Source: Psammoneis japonica
Taxonomy: Eukaryota
Assembly: GCA_008632985.1 (NCBI GenBank)
Contig: QPGO01000026.1
Location: forward strand, 248,001 to 312,000
Direction of reading: 5' to 3'
Length of the DNA: 64,000 nucleotides
In this document: one piece after another, positions 35,879 through 49,600 of the stretch
Numbering within the stretch: position 1 is the stretch's first letter
Layout of the letters: every line of letters starts with the position of its first letter
Notes under the pieces: generated by a model
Database searches by the model: none
The model's input: the letters and a program-made list of their open reading frames with translations, nothing else
What the model was told of the DNA's origin: nothing
Translations under genes and position numbers: made by a program

Positions 35879-38202
35879 TGCGACAACTCTTGTCTGAGAG
35901 TTGGGAGATGTTGACGGAAGGTCGAGCAGCAATCGTGTTGTCAGCAGCAGGACTGACAACAGTGACAGAATCAACAAAGCTGCCAATGTCTTGTCACACT
36001 AGATGTTGTAATTGTGAGCAGAAAAAGGGGAGAAGTTCTCCAAAAGAAGGGCGGGAAACCGCACGCACAAGTGAAGAGCGCACGAATCGCGCATGAGTTC
36101 GCACTGTGTTGACACTCCCTCTCAAACGAAGAAGCTGCCAACCACAAAGCAACTTGCAAACAGACTCAAATTTGACTGTGACAAGTCCTTTTGTTAAAAT
36201 GTCAGTGCATTGCAGGTCTGTTGCGATCTTGGATGCAGTGACTTGGTTTGGTTTCAGCTGTGAACGAAACCAGTGACACCCAATTGCAGAGTGCTTGGAC
36301 CTTGGTGTAACTCGGCCAGGTTCCATGTTAGCCAGAGTCAAGGCTCCAGCATTGTCCTCCCACACAATGGTCCTGACAGTCTTGGTGGTCCCCAGACCAA
36401 CTCAAGTGCCTTGGGAAATGGCTTGTGCAGTGCGAAGAAAGGGAAGGACAGTTTTCATGCATGTGGAGAGAGCACTGCACTCTGCCTCCATGGTTGAGAG
36501 TGCAATCTCAGGTGCAAGCTTGCTGGACCAGATGACAGGGCAGTTTGAAATGCAAATGACAAATCCTGTTCGGCTCTTGACACAAGCTGGGTCTTGCTTG
36601 TCTTCATGCGGCCACAATCCAGTGAAATCTGAGTCTGCAAAAACGTCAATGTTGAAGTCCCCAGATGGCTTGAGGATTGAACCTTCCTCTGGTGTGCCCT
36701 TGAGGCATCAGCCGATCCTCTCGAGGGCTTGTTCATGCAAGCAACGTGGACTGTGAACAAATCTTGCAGCAGAGCTAACTGCATGGGTGATGCCGGGCCT
36801 TGAATGGCCCTGGAGATGCTGGAGCATGCCAACAACACTGGCGTGATTGAAGGCTCCATTTGGTGGGTCTCCATTGGTGTCCTTGACCAATGGAGCAGCT
36901 GGCGCGGGTGTTCAGGCCTTTGGCAGATGGCCTGCATTGAGGGCTTGGACGACACACTTGGCTGGGCCACTCTGGGTGAGCTTGACAGTGCCATTGTTGG
37001 TGTCGCGATGGATGTGGACGCCTGAAAAACCTGCGACGGAATCCTCAACTTCGATGGCCAGACCACCATCAATTTTGAGTTTTTCAATCACTTTGTCGAT
37101 GTGCTCTTGCTTCAGTGAAAAGAACAATGTGTCGTCAACATGCACAAGGCAGATGACCTTGTCGGACACAAAGAGACATGGATCAACATCATCTTGAGAT
37201 TGAAATCCAGCGTCTTCAAGTTTTGATTTGAGGTGCAGGAAAAAGTTGCATGGTCCTTGCTTGAGACCATGCACGGTCTTCTTGAGTCGAAGTGCTTTGC
37301 CAGACTTTGTGCATCCGCGAGGCATTTGTGTGAATGTGCCAGAGCGTTCCCGCTCTTCGGGTGTCACAGTGTCCCATTTGGGATCTTCATCAATCGGAGC
37401 ATGCACGAAAGCTGTGACATGATCAACTTGCTTTGTGGAGAGCTCAAGAATTTGGGAAAGCATGAGCATCAGCCGTGCTGTTGTCCAATTGACAACCGGA
37501 GCAAAGGCATCAAAATGATCAACACCTTCCAATTGCTTGTCACCGCAGACACAGAATCGGGCTTTGTGTTTCCGGGTTGCAATTCTGCGAATGTTGGCAT
37601 TGAATTTACCTGCATGTTTTCAATGCCAGGCTCTCCGTAGAACTTCTGACCCACCATGGCGTCTTCTTCCATCGCTGACGGCAGAGCCATGCCCCTCCCA
37701 AGAACAATGATGACACCATGGCGGATGATGTCACCGTTGATCATGCATCCACCAAGCCTTCTTCCAAGCCGAAAGAGCAACAATTCAAGGAGATTGCTCT
37801 CCGTTTTGACATTCGTGGCCCAGAGGCGTCGTGCAAACCCATGACCCTCACCACGGCTCACCTCCAAGTCCTGCAGCAGATTCTGTTTGCATGCCAATCT
37901 GACGCAAGAATTTTTGACAACCACAACAACCGGATCACGAACATCAACGTGGCTGAGTGGATTTCGTCCCTACAGCATGAACGTCATTTTGTGGTTTCAA
38001 TGACTCGGAGCGGCGAAAAACGTCCCATCACTCATCGACTTTGTCGTTGCATCCTTGCCAAGGTTCCTCTTAAAAGGAAATTCGTTCTCACCCTCACATT
38101 CAATCCATTCTTGACTTGAACAATGTGGGCATGAAACGTCACTGTTGGAATGAATCTGTTGTTGATGCGGCCACTCCGGCACATCATGTTGCAACTCCAT
38201 CC

Positions 38203-39000
38203 AGACGGGTTCCAGTCCTAGGTGGGACTTTTTGTGACATTTGTCTCGTAGAATTCTACGTACGAGCTCCGTATTACGAGAATTTAATTAAGGGGGACCG
38301 CCGACCTATTTTTTCCGCGTTTATCCTAAAATTAGCAATGTGTTTGAATACGTTTATTTATAATTATTATTTTAAATACAAGAATTGTTCGATCGCCCAC
38401 GAAAACGAGAACATCAGGCACCGCGATCGAAGCACGACGATGACGGCAATTACGCTATCTCTCAAAATTGGCCCAGTGGCACGAGGGACGAAAGCATATA
38501 AATCAATCTGAACTATATGACGATAATAAAACCAATGAGTATCCCTCGTGAGGTGATACTTTGCAACTCACCGCTCGTCGCGAACATCATCATTGTCGCT
38601 CGTGCTTTTGTCGTGTTATTTTCTGTCGCGACCCGTCAAAAACGCGTAAAAACCCGGAAAAGACGTGCGAAAAAAATAAGCCGACGGCCCGCCTAAATGG
38701 ATATTTTTATCTTCAACATCAAATAAACGACCAAGTTTGTGGTACAATTATGACCATTGCCGCTTGACGTTTTCGGCAATCCGCCTGCCCTACGCCATTC
38801 TTAAGACATTTACAAATGGCGTAGAAGAAAAAAATGTCAAAAGTTGTTGGACGGATCGCTCAATAAGTGTACCACAAAATGACACAAAATTTCAGAAAAG
38901 TCACGTACCTTTCTACGTGCGCGACATACGGTGCGATCCAAAAAACTGTCGATGTCACAGTTCAGCAGTGCGAGGTCCCACCTAGAGCTGGAACGCGTCT
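38203..39000. mobile_element. Pristine 798-bp MITE (AGAC...GTCT TIRs) inside LINE ORF1
   Basis: TIRs AGACGGGTTCCAGTCCTAGGTGGGAC and GTCCCACCTAGAGCTGGAACGCGTCT, CC duplication. AT-rich interior with abundant TA and CG. Confidence 0.92.
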
Positions 39001-42000
39001 CCAAGCATGCACCAGTTGAAGAAGCTGCCAAATTGTTTGTGAAGGATCTTGGCGAATTCAAGACCAAGATGCCAAAATTCTGCTTGATCCCGACTGCCAT
39101 TTGTGTGGATGAAGATCATTTGGCTCCTCCGATTCGCACAGTGACCTGTGCCATCGAAGCGCAGCTCGGCGATTGCCGCACAGCCGGAAAAGCCCTTTTG
39201 CATGCTTCCAACAAGCTGCCGACTCACATTGTCCTGGCGAAGACTCGTTGCTTGCCTCCTCTTGCCTTTTGCAATGCCGCAAAAATTCAGGCCCGGCGCA
39301 ATCAAGACACATGTGTGGTCCCCTTGCTGCACACGAATCCTGACCTGATGCCTCATTTCGAAAATCACATTAAAGCCATCAAGGGAGTCAAGGCAATCCA
39401 CGCAACAAATGCCACCTCAGGAGTTGTGACATTTTGGTCACAAGAGCCGAGTTCAAAGCTGCCCGTGCTGCCATCTCTGCGTGTGTTGTGGATGAAATTC
39501 CAAATGTTCCAGAAGAATCTTGGCCTTCTCCTCCCTTTCCAGATCATCCCCAAGCATCTGGTGTGTTTGAAGAGCAATCCGATGCCAGCAAGTCCATTGT
39601 GTCAGCTGGCATTCGCAGCCTTGAATCGTTGACTTTCTCGGATGTTTCCCCGTTGACCAATGCCCAAGCACCGCGATCTGATCCTTCACACTTGAATCGT
39701 CTGTCTGCTGGCAGAGGGGCTGGTCGCGGTGGCATGCCTGGTCGCGGAACTGCTCAGGGTTCTGCCGTCCCTCCACATGTTTTCACCCAGTCGAACGAGT
39801 GTGCTCCGTCTTCCTTCCAACCTCTCGGATGTTCTTGCAGGATGCAAGGATGCCCTGGCATGCAGTCTCCTTCCTGCTCCTGCGCTCAAGCTGCTCAGTC
39901 ATCTGCCAGTTTGTCTCCAATGTCCATTCAGATGGCGGAAGTTCAACAGCAGCTGAATCAAATGCAGGCCAAGACTGACCAAGCCTTGGAGGAACTCCGT
40001 GCTCAACACTCAAAGGAGATTGAATCGTTGCACAATGCATTCTCCAAACAGCATGCCAACGACATGGCAGCATTGCAAGATGCCAACACTGAACAGTTTT
40101 CCAGCATGCAAGACAAAATGAATCAGATCGTCACCATGCTCCAAGCATCTCAACATGCATCGCCTCCAGCTTGGAAATGACACAACCATGTGGAAACTCC
40201 AGAACGCTCCTTTGATCAAACGGACAAAGGGCAGGATTTTTAGCCAGGGGTTGGTTCTTGCCGTCTCCACCCCCTCAAACATTAAGGCGCCCTCCTGACA
40301 TCCGTCCCTGAGCATCTGCTCCGCTTGCTCTCTCCCACATTTTTCGTCGGACTTCCCGTTGTCAGACTTTTGCCCTTCCTTCAAGATCCGCAAATCCTCC
40401 GTGCTCTCATCCTTCGGTTCAACCTGCTGGCAGCGCTGTGAGCCCCAGTCTTCTCTTCGGAGGAGCGTGGCCCAACCATGAGCAGCACTGTTTCAACAGA
40501 CGCATCTTCTTCCACATGGCAGACCCTTTTGGATGGCAGACGGTTTCAACCTGCTGCCGGACGCCGCATTGATTTCTCCCGACTGCAGACAAACGTTTCC
40601 ATTGGCGACCCTGTGAGGCCTGAGCTCTCCCATCATGCCCGATTGCACGCCTTCAATGCAAATGGCAGCAAGTTTGACAAACGTGGTGGAGACTTTGCCA
40701 CGTGCTGTCAGATTACGAACGGGACACAGGCTGACATTGTGGGTCTGTCGGAAGTTTGTTTGGACACTGCTCAGTGTTTGGCATTGTCGGTTTGCCGTTC
40801 CACAGTGACAAACTCCCTCCATCATGGAAGAGGCACCTTTTCTTGCAGCTCAACTCCTTTCTCTACACAGTGCAAACCTGGGGGCACGGCTTTGTTGTCA
40901 TGCAATGCGGTGTCTGCTTGCCACCAGTCTCAGGAGGCTGATCCATTGGGCCGTTGGTCCATTCAGACATTTGATGGCAGGAATGGCAGACAAGTCATGT
41001 TCATTTCATGCTGCTGAGTTTGCACCAAAAATCAAACAAGGCCTGGGAAAACAACAGCATGCGCTCAGCAGCTTCATCTTTTGCGTCAACAGGGCCGTCA
41101 GCACCTTGATCCTCGCAAAGCATTCTGCACCGACTTGTCTCGTGTGTCACAAGAGTTTCTTTCAGATTCCAACCGTGAGGTCATCTTGTTCGGAGACTTT
41201 GACACTGACTTCGTCATTGACACTGACTCTCTGTCTGCTTTGGCCCAACTTTTCAATCTTTCCGATGTGATGTTTTCTGTCACAGGCGACACAGCGTTGT
41301 CCACTTGCACAAGGGGGTCAAAACGCTTGGATTTCGTTCCAGCTGCTCCTGGTGCTTTAGCCGCAGCACAATTTGGTGGCTGTGAAGCCTTTGGATGTCG
41401 CATTGCTTTGGATCATTGCGCTTGCTTCATGGACTTTGACACCATTGTTTTGTTCGGAAACCCGACCGTTGATCTTCCAAAGGCGGCCTTTCGTGACCTG
41501 CAAGCGTCTTTGAAACCTCAAGTTGCCACCCACCTACAAACCATTGATCCCATGCTAGAGAGTCGGAACGTTTTGGAGCGGTCCAATTCGCTCCTGGAGT
41601 CCAATGCTCCTGATCATGAATTGGCAGAAAGACCAGACAGGGATTTGTTGCAGTTTTCTTTGGCAGCGGCAAAGAAGTGTGGCCTTCACCAAGAAATGGA
41701 GTGGTCGACTCAGTTGGCGGACCTGCGTCACCGAGTGCATGTCTTGTCCCATGTCTTGTCCATGATGCGCACCCGCATTGATCACACAACTCAGATCCAA
41801 AATGTCCGCTCCAGCAAGAGTGGTGAATTCATGACACCATCTACTTTCAAAGAGTGCCAACAAGCTTTGCGACAAGCGCAGAACGAGTGTCGACAGGTCG
41901 CGGCTGAGAGCGTCAAGCATCGGGACAATGAAATTGCCGACAAGATTGCTCGGCTAGAAATGGAGGGTGCTGCAGCTTCTCATCAAAAGGCGACCATTCT

Positions 42001-45000
42001 ACGCAACATTCGCAAGGCAGTGGAGACCACTGAACTGTTCCAGAAAATCAAGTCGTGTGGAGCTCAACGCGACACTGGGATCAACAGTGTTCAAGTTCCA
42101 CAGAATCCAGAGATCCCTCCAAAGGAATGCATGGATTGGATTGCTGTTGATGCCCCGGACGAAGTGGCTTCGGCACTGCGCTCACGGAATCAGAAACATT
42201 TTGGGCAAGCTGATGGCACGCCTCCCACTGTGCCCCCTTTGTCTGTTGATTTAGGTCACTCAGGGGACACTGTTGTGGCGGATCTTATTCTGGACGGAGA
42301 GCATGACACGTCTGTGCTCAATGACGCTACGTCTTGGTGTGTCGCTCATTTAAAACGCCGTTCTCCAGTGTCTGTGTCAAAGTTCTTAACGGCTCAGGAC
42401 TTGGAAGGAAAGATTGAGCCGTGGAAAGAGTCTGCATCAACATTGCTTTTCTCAGGCCTTCACCTGGGTCATTGGAAAGCAATGTGCGCTTCCCACACTC
42501 ACTCTCACTCTCAAACTGCCGATGGCAAACCTGCTCCGGAATGTGCTTCACTGGACAAGGTCCAACGAACCTTGATTCAAATCCATTTGAACTTGCTCAA
42601 TTGTGCCTTACGCTGGGGGCACTCACACGATCGTTGGAAAGACATTGTCAATGTCATGATCTTCAAGGAACCTGGCAACACCAAAATTCACAGACTTCAC
42701 GTCATCCACATCTATGAGGCCGATTTTCAGCTTGTTTCCAGTGTAAAATGGCGGTCCCTTGCTCAGAACATGGAGCATCAGCGTCTGTGCAATCCAGGCA
42801 TTTACGGCACCAGACCTTTCTTGAACGCCAACACTCCCGTTTACCTGGAGGAGCTCATGCTGGAAATCAGCAGAGTGTCGAGGAAGACTGCCATCCACAG
42901 TGATGATGACTGCACCTCTTGTTGTGATCAGAACATCCCTGCTTTAACGGCACTGGAGAGCAGAAGCAACGGCATGCCCAAGCAGATCACACAGTCTGCT
43001 GACGCTACCTTGGAAGGCGCCCGGCATTGGCTGAAGATGGTTCTTGGCCTGTCTGCGAACTCATGCTCACACTCTGCTGAATTCCCGATCTATGGCATGG
43101 GACAAGGCAGTGGCGATTCCCCATTCTACTGGAATCAAATGTGCAACAGTCTGTTCTGGCCATTTGACGAGAAAGCTCATGGCGCCTTTTTTGAATCTCC
43201 TGACCGGCAACAGTCCCTCAAATTGTTCATCCGAGGACATGTGGACAACACGTTGAAGCAAGTCAATGACTTTTGTGCCTCCCCTCAGCCGTCCGCCATG
43301 GGCCTGGTTCCAAACATGCAGGAAGACAACCAAATGTGGTGTGACCTTCTCAACGCTGCTGGCCACGAACTTGAACTTCCCAAATGCTCATTTCATGCTG
43401 TCGAAAGGATTTTCACGGAGGATGGCGAACCCCACTTGCCCCCCCCTTCAATGACGAAATTGACATTGAAATTTTCTCCGCCGACCGCACTGCCAAGAGA
43501 TCTGGCACCCAGTTTTCGGCTCACTCATCTCACAAGACCTTGGGGCATCGCAAGTCTCCCACTGGCACTCAGAAAACGCAATGCTCAGCGTCAAAGAAGA
43601 AGAGTGATGACATTGCCTTGTTTCTTCAAGCGTGTCCTCTTGACCGACACGAAGCTTGGATGCATCACTTTGTCTGCTGCTTGTCTTCCATGTCTTGTGA
43701 TCTCCCGAACACTCACTTCTTGCCAAAGGAACTGTTGGAGGTCCAGCGGAAAGCGATGCGTGCGATTTTTGCGAAGTGCGGGTACAATCGCAACACAAAA
43801 TGAGACGTGCTGTTCGGTCTGCACGCTCTTGGCGGAGGCGGTTTTTGTTCATTGGACGTGGAACAAGGCATGTCCCAATGTGTGCAGTTTGACAGGCATT
43901 GGCGCGGCAGTGGTCAACCTCATGTTCTGTCCCGCATTACGGTGGCTTGGATGCAGTTTCAACTGGGCACAGGAATCAGCTTTTTAGCGGATGTCCATTC
44001 AAAATTGCCTCATTCTGAATCTAAATGGTTCATGTCTCTGTGATCCTTTCTGGCTCGGATCAATGCCTCCCTCGACTTGGATGATGCGGGTGTGTTACCC
44101 CTTCAGTGGGACAACGATCAGCATGTCATGGATGTTGTGCTCGAGTCTGGTGAATTCTCCAACAAAGAGATCCGCTGGATTAATTGCTGTCGATTGCATC
44201 TCAATGTGCTTGCGGTTTCCGACATTGCTCTTCCAGACAGTCTTTCTGTTGATGAATTTAAATTGGCCGGTGATTGCTCTCTCCTCAGCAGTTTTTCATT
44301 GAACAACCCGGTGGAACAGCCGTCTCCATCTGCCAGGGCTTGGAAGCAGTGGCGTCGAGCGTGTGCCCTTTCATGCAAGGACGACACTTCTTTGCTGAAA
44401 CATCCATTGGGACAATGGATTGTAGCCACTGCTGACATGCGCGTGCAATTCCCGGCTTGCTTTGAACCGGGTGAACAGTTTTTGTGCATGCGGCCTGACA
44501 TCGGACACAATGTGCGCCCTGTCCAAGACGGATGCGCGGAATCTCTGAGACACCCAGAGACTGTTCCAGACTTGTCACCTTCTGCATCTCCTGTTTTGGC
44601 AGACACCACCAACAATGGCAAGTGGCGTCTTCAGTCGTCCTTCTCTAAAGCATCCATTCCTCTGAGTCTCCCTGTCCCAGGTGAATTCGTTGCATGGGTC
44701 CGTTCTCTGCCCAGATGGGAATCGGCTCCATTTCAAGACTTGACGTTGCACGCATCGGTGTTTGAACTAGCGGAAACATTGGCCAGCTCTCGTGCAACGG
44801 TTGGCAGTGACGGCTTGGTGGTGCAGCACAATGGCACCTTTGGCTGGACATTGTCCATTGGCGGAGTTTTTCTGGTGGATTGTGCAGGCCCAGCCTTTGG
44901 ATTTCGTCCTTCTTCGTGTCGCACTGAGGTGCATGGCTGCCTTTCCGTGGTGCGGTTCTTTCTGCGTGTTGTGGAATTTTGCAATCAGACCTTTCCACTT

Positions 45001-46175
45001 GGGACAGAGTGTCATTGTGACAACTCTTCCTTGGTGCGCAACGTTCAGAACTTCGAGGCGCTGCCCCCACACCCCGACGATGCAGATGAGACTCACTGTG
45101 AACGAGACTTTTGCCTGAGGCACCACATTTCCAACACCCTGGCTCCTGATTGGGACGTCATTCATGAAATTTTTATTTCTTTGCAACAGTTGCAAGGTGT
45201 GCACAGTGACAGCTTGCCGGGTGCTCCAGTGCTGCTGTCCTGGGTGAAAGGGCACCAAGACAACACCATCCCGCATAAAAACCTGTCTCTTCCTGCTAAA
45301 TTGAATGTTCAAGCAGATGAGCTAGCCACCGGATTCCAAGGCAAGCACGACAGCGACACTTCCATTGTGCCCCGCATGCCCCATTGCTCCGCATTGTTGA
45401 ATGTTCCAGCGGGTTCCCTCACTTCAAACTTCAAGACTGTCCTTTGGTGTGAGGCATCCAGCCCAGCTCTTGTGCAACACATGAAAGAGAAATGCGGGTG
45501 GTCCGACGTCGTGTTCAAGTCAATCGATTGGCAAGTGCATTCAAAACTAATGTCACGGAACATTGGGCGCAAGGTGAGCACCGTCAAATTGGTTCAAGAC
45601 CTTCTTCCAACAAACAAAATTGTGCACAGGTACAACCCCACTCATCCCGACTGTTGCATCCATTGTCAACATCCGATGGAGGACCAAGATCACATCCTTT
45701 GCTGCCCTCATGACAAGGAATGGAGACGCAAGTTTCTTCAAGGTCTTTGAAAGAAATGCGATGATGCAAACACCTCCCCGGCTTTGCGCGATGTGCTCCT
45801 GTGTTCTCTAGAAGGGTGGTTTCATGAAGAGATGACACACATTGAAGAATTTCATTGCAGTGCACATGCAACATTTTGGTCCCAAGAGAGCATTGGGTGG
45901 TGACATGTTTTCAGTGGCAGGTTTTCTACTTCATGGAATGTGTCACAGCGGTTGCACCTGCCAGCCACAGGTGCATGTCATTCTTCATCTGACAGGGAGA
46001 AATGTCTCAATTGGGCGGCGACTGTTGGCAGTTACATCTGGTCACAGTGGTGGGAATTGTGGGACATGCACAATGATGCCGTGCACGGACACGATTCTGA
46101 AACAAAGAAATCTGCTGAACGCCGTGACATGGAGGCTGAAGTCGGGAAATGTGTTCCAGGGTGGATGAGCACTCA

Positions 46176-46619
46176 CTGGGTAAAAATTAATTTGGTGTTT
46201 CGCGTGACAGTCTGGCAGGGCTTGGACGGCCGTTGCAAAAAAGGCGTGCACAGAAAGTGCGCTGGTTTCTACGCACACAAGCAAACACACACAAAGACTT
46301 TGAGGAGCCCGCCACACGTAGAATGTGTGCTAAATGTCACGCACATAAATGTCTTGACAGAAAATGGTGACACCAACGGAATGACTGCACACGCGCATGC
46401 ACACGCAACAGATGAATGACCGCTGTCTTGCTGTCGCACCCACATGCTGTGTCCTGCGAGAGGGTGCACGTAGCCAAATTTCAGCACCAGGCGCTGCGTG
46501 CAGTTGAAGTCTGCCACGTAGAACCTGGCACTGATTCTACGCATGTCCAAAATTCGTGGCAGGCAGGCAGTGCTTCAGACAGAAATGTCGCGCAAAACAC
46601 CAAATCAATTTTTACCCGG
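46176..46619. mobile_element. MITE with ~34-bp TIRs inside the LINE 3' region
   Basis: CTGGGTAAAAATTAATTTGGTGTTTCGCGTGACA versus TGTCGCGCAAAACACCAAATCAATTTTTACCCGG. TSD unclear. Confidence 0.75.
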
Positions 46620-49600
46620 TTGGCAAGAGACAAGCTCCAACTGCTTGATTTGGTTGAGGAGCATTTGACCCATTCTCCACCCATCGGATGCGCAATTGGT
46701 TGGCTGTGGTGAAACCCATGTTCAAGTCTAGTTTGCGGGAAGTCAAATGGCTTGCCGTGCGAGGCACACGCTCTGTTGCTGGCTGCTTCGGGTCGGCATC
46801 GCCTTTCGGCGATGCCGGTGGTGGCCAATCGTCACATGCTCCTGCCACACATTGTGTGCTGGGAGTGTGGGTTAGCTTGTTGCTGGAGTTGCAGGGTGGA
46901 AGTGCAGCAGCACTTAAAACACAGACATTGGGTTTTGTTTTGTGTTTCCGGATTGACCCATCAGGGCACCGTTTGCATTTGAAAGCCCAAGTGGATGGCA
47001 TGACATTCATCCAATCTTGGCGGTCGACTTCCTCCCAAGCATCTTTGCCATTGACAAGGGAGTCAATTTTGACATCACAAGCCTTGAGACAGGCTGCACG
47101 ATCAGGTCCACTCATGGCTTCTTCCCAAGTGGAATTTGCACTAGCTGCAAGAGCCAGAGGATGCATTTCTTCGAGTGTGCCATGAACTTGATCAGTGTTT
47201 TTGTGGAAAAGGTTGATCACAGCACGTGAGTCCTTTGAGCAGAGTGCATTTGCAATGCTGTCCCACTTTGGGGCCATCAGAAACTGTTTGTTGAGTGTGT
47301 CTCTGACTTGACCATTCGTTTGGAATTCTTGCAGGCTGTCGGTGACTCGTTTGGAGGAGTGCGAATGTCAGCCGTCATGGCTTCAACAAGGCGGTCCGGT
47401 TTCTTGATGGTGCAGCCGCTGCGAGTCCGAGTGGCAGTGGTGGCAGCATTCGGAGCTGGTTGAGTGGGCTCAGCGATGTCTGAACCAAGATCCAGGTCTT
47501 CAGGCAAGTCATGATGGTCGACCAGGGACAAATTGTCATCACTGTTGTCACTGAACTCATCGATTTCAACTCCCTCTGGAGCCTCTGAAGTTGCAGATGC
47601 CAGATCATCTGATGATTCAGGATTTGTGGGAAGCTCTCCCTCTGGAGCTGTGACGGAAGAGGGTTGGTGGAAGAGGAGTTTTGCCAGATGGGGTGCACTG
47701 TTGGCGGCGCAACTTTCGTGCCTGACAATGGTTCTCACAGTGGCGGCACTCTTCGGGTGTCAGCCAATTGTCATGTGGTGCAGGCAAGTGATGGCGAGGG
47801 TCCTTGGAAGGCTCGTGGTCAAGAACGTGGTTGACTGCAGAGTCAGCAGCAAGCAGGGACTCCCAGACGTCAGCAGAGAAAGGGATGTCCTGAAAGTGCC
47901 CCCCAGAATCACTGTTGGGTGCAGTGGAGAAGTGGTTGTCATAGACCACATGGCATTGAGGGCCAACATGGCCTGTCACAAGGTCAAGGATCAGACCAAT
48001 GTTCGTTGAATGAGCCGGGGAGATGCCAAGGTGTTGGCTGCTGCGGCTCCACGGGTCCCACTTTGGAGCTTTCGTGCCATCCTGCAGTTTGGGATCTAAA
48101 ACATGCGCAGGACAGCCCCACACCTGCAAGCACTGTAAATGTGTGTGGGAATCAAAGCATTGCTTGGAATGGATCTCAACAGGAGCAGCATGCGTGTCGA
48201 CTTTTGGAAGATGATTCCACAAATGAGCGGCGTGAGTCATGGCAAAAGGCCAAAGTTCCAGATTGGCAGCATCAGGCCACACAAGGATGGCATGGAGCAA
48301 CACAGATCTTGCCCATGAGGTGACAGTTTGAATGGAGCGCTCGGCGATGCCGTTTTGATGATGGGCGCCAACACCAGAGAAGTCGATTGTCTGGTGGTTC
48401 TCTTCGAGATCTTGCATGAAGGCCTCAGAGCGAAAGAGACACTGTCGGCAAGGTGTTGCGCAACCTGGACCCCAAATTGGTCGCTGAGCTGCTCAAAGGC
48501 ACGCTCAGCACGCATGGTTTCACCTGCAGTGAGACCAACTTGATGGGTCAGGAACACACAGCCAGAAGCATGATCAACAAAAATCATGCCGCCACTGCAC
48601 TTGTCTTTCTCAGGTTCGCGCCCCTTGGTTGACGGAAGACAGCCAGGGACGCGGCTGATGTGCTGGTCAACAGAGACGCGTTGACCTGGAGACAAATCGC
48701 CCTCTCGCAACACCATGGGTGGAGGGTTTGATGTGCCATGGCAGTCCAGAGTGTGCCACTTTTGTTTTGCCAGTTGACAGGCAGCACACAATGGAGGTGT
48801 GCAACCTGCCACCACGTTGGATTTGGGTTTAAGGACTTGGGATTTGGCAGGATCCCTTGGGATGGCACTGAGATGTTGGATGTGTTGGAAGCCAGTGTGA
48901 CCGAGCTTTTGATGGAGTGGCAGAAGCTCCTTTTGACCTGGAGCAAGGTTTTGATTCGATTGTGAGGTGACCGACAAGAACGCATCCAGTCGGTCTGCAG
49001 CACTGATTGGAGCCAAATTGCACTTTGAAACTCCGGCGGATGTCAGTTCAGACATCATCACAAAAGGTAAGTTGCTGTCCTTGTTGTGCGGGAATTCAAG
49101 GGTGTCACCACTCAGGAGAGTCAGGGCGGCTTTGTTGCCATGTGCCAAACATTTGCCTTGATTTCCATTTTCTTGAAAACAGGATTGCGGGCTGAAAAGG
49201 CGGATGGAGGCGTCAGGGACGTAACAGGCCTTGGTGTGGACGGTGCGCACAACATTCCAATGGTCAATTGCGCCCCATTTGACATGACCTTGACCCACAA
49301 CACGAGAAGCAGAGGACAATCCGTTGATTGTGGTGAGTTTTGCGGGTTCAAGCGGGCATGTGAAGTCACTCAAGTGTGGAGTGAGAGAGGAAGAGGTGCC
49401 GGCATCAAGCACCACAGGCGCATCAACAGGCAAGGCTGACAACAGAGCTTGACATTGTGAGCTGTCAAGATGTTGTGGGTCGGCTGACGACTTGATTGGT
49501 TTTGTCAAATCTTCAGAAAGCCAAGGTGGATCTTGTGAGGATGCATCAGGTGGGGACGGTCCAGAAGTCAAGGTTTGGTGGGAGAACATGGCCACGCCAC

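Larger units (their letters stand above)
37576..46938 (+). mobile_element. Full-length Ambal-like LINE (ORF1; ORF2 APE-RT-RNase H-Zn), TpA-hypermutated
   Basis: 13-bp TSD TTTGTGTTTCCGG (37563-37575 and 46939-46951) in the Copia RT. APE motifs (GLSE, KPGGT, GDFD, RLDF, DH), RT (IHIYEAD, GMGQGS, GHVDN), RNase H (SDG, CDN, WVKGHQD, LNVQADELA), CxxC..DH. ORF1 ~37718-40180. Confidence 0.92.

Noticed and set aside
37576..46938. ADAR-type RNA editing fixed during retrotransposition
   Set aside because: Changes occur on both strands, differ between sister LTRs, and affect DNA-type MITEs, TSDs and host pseudogenes.
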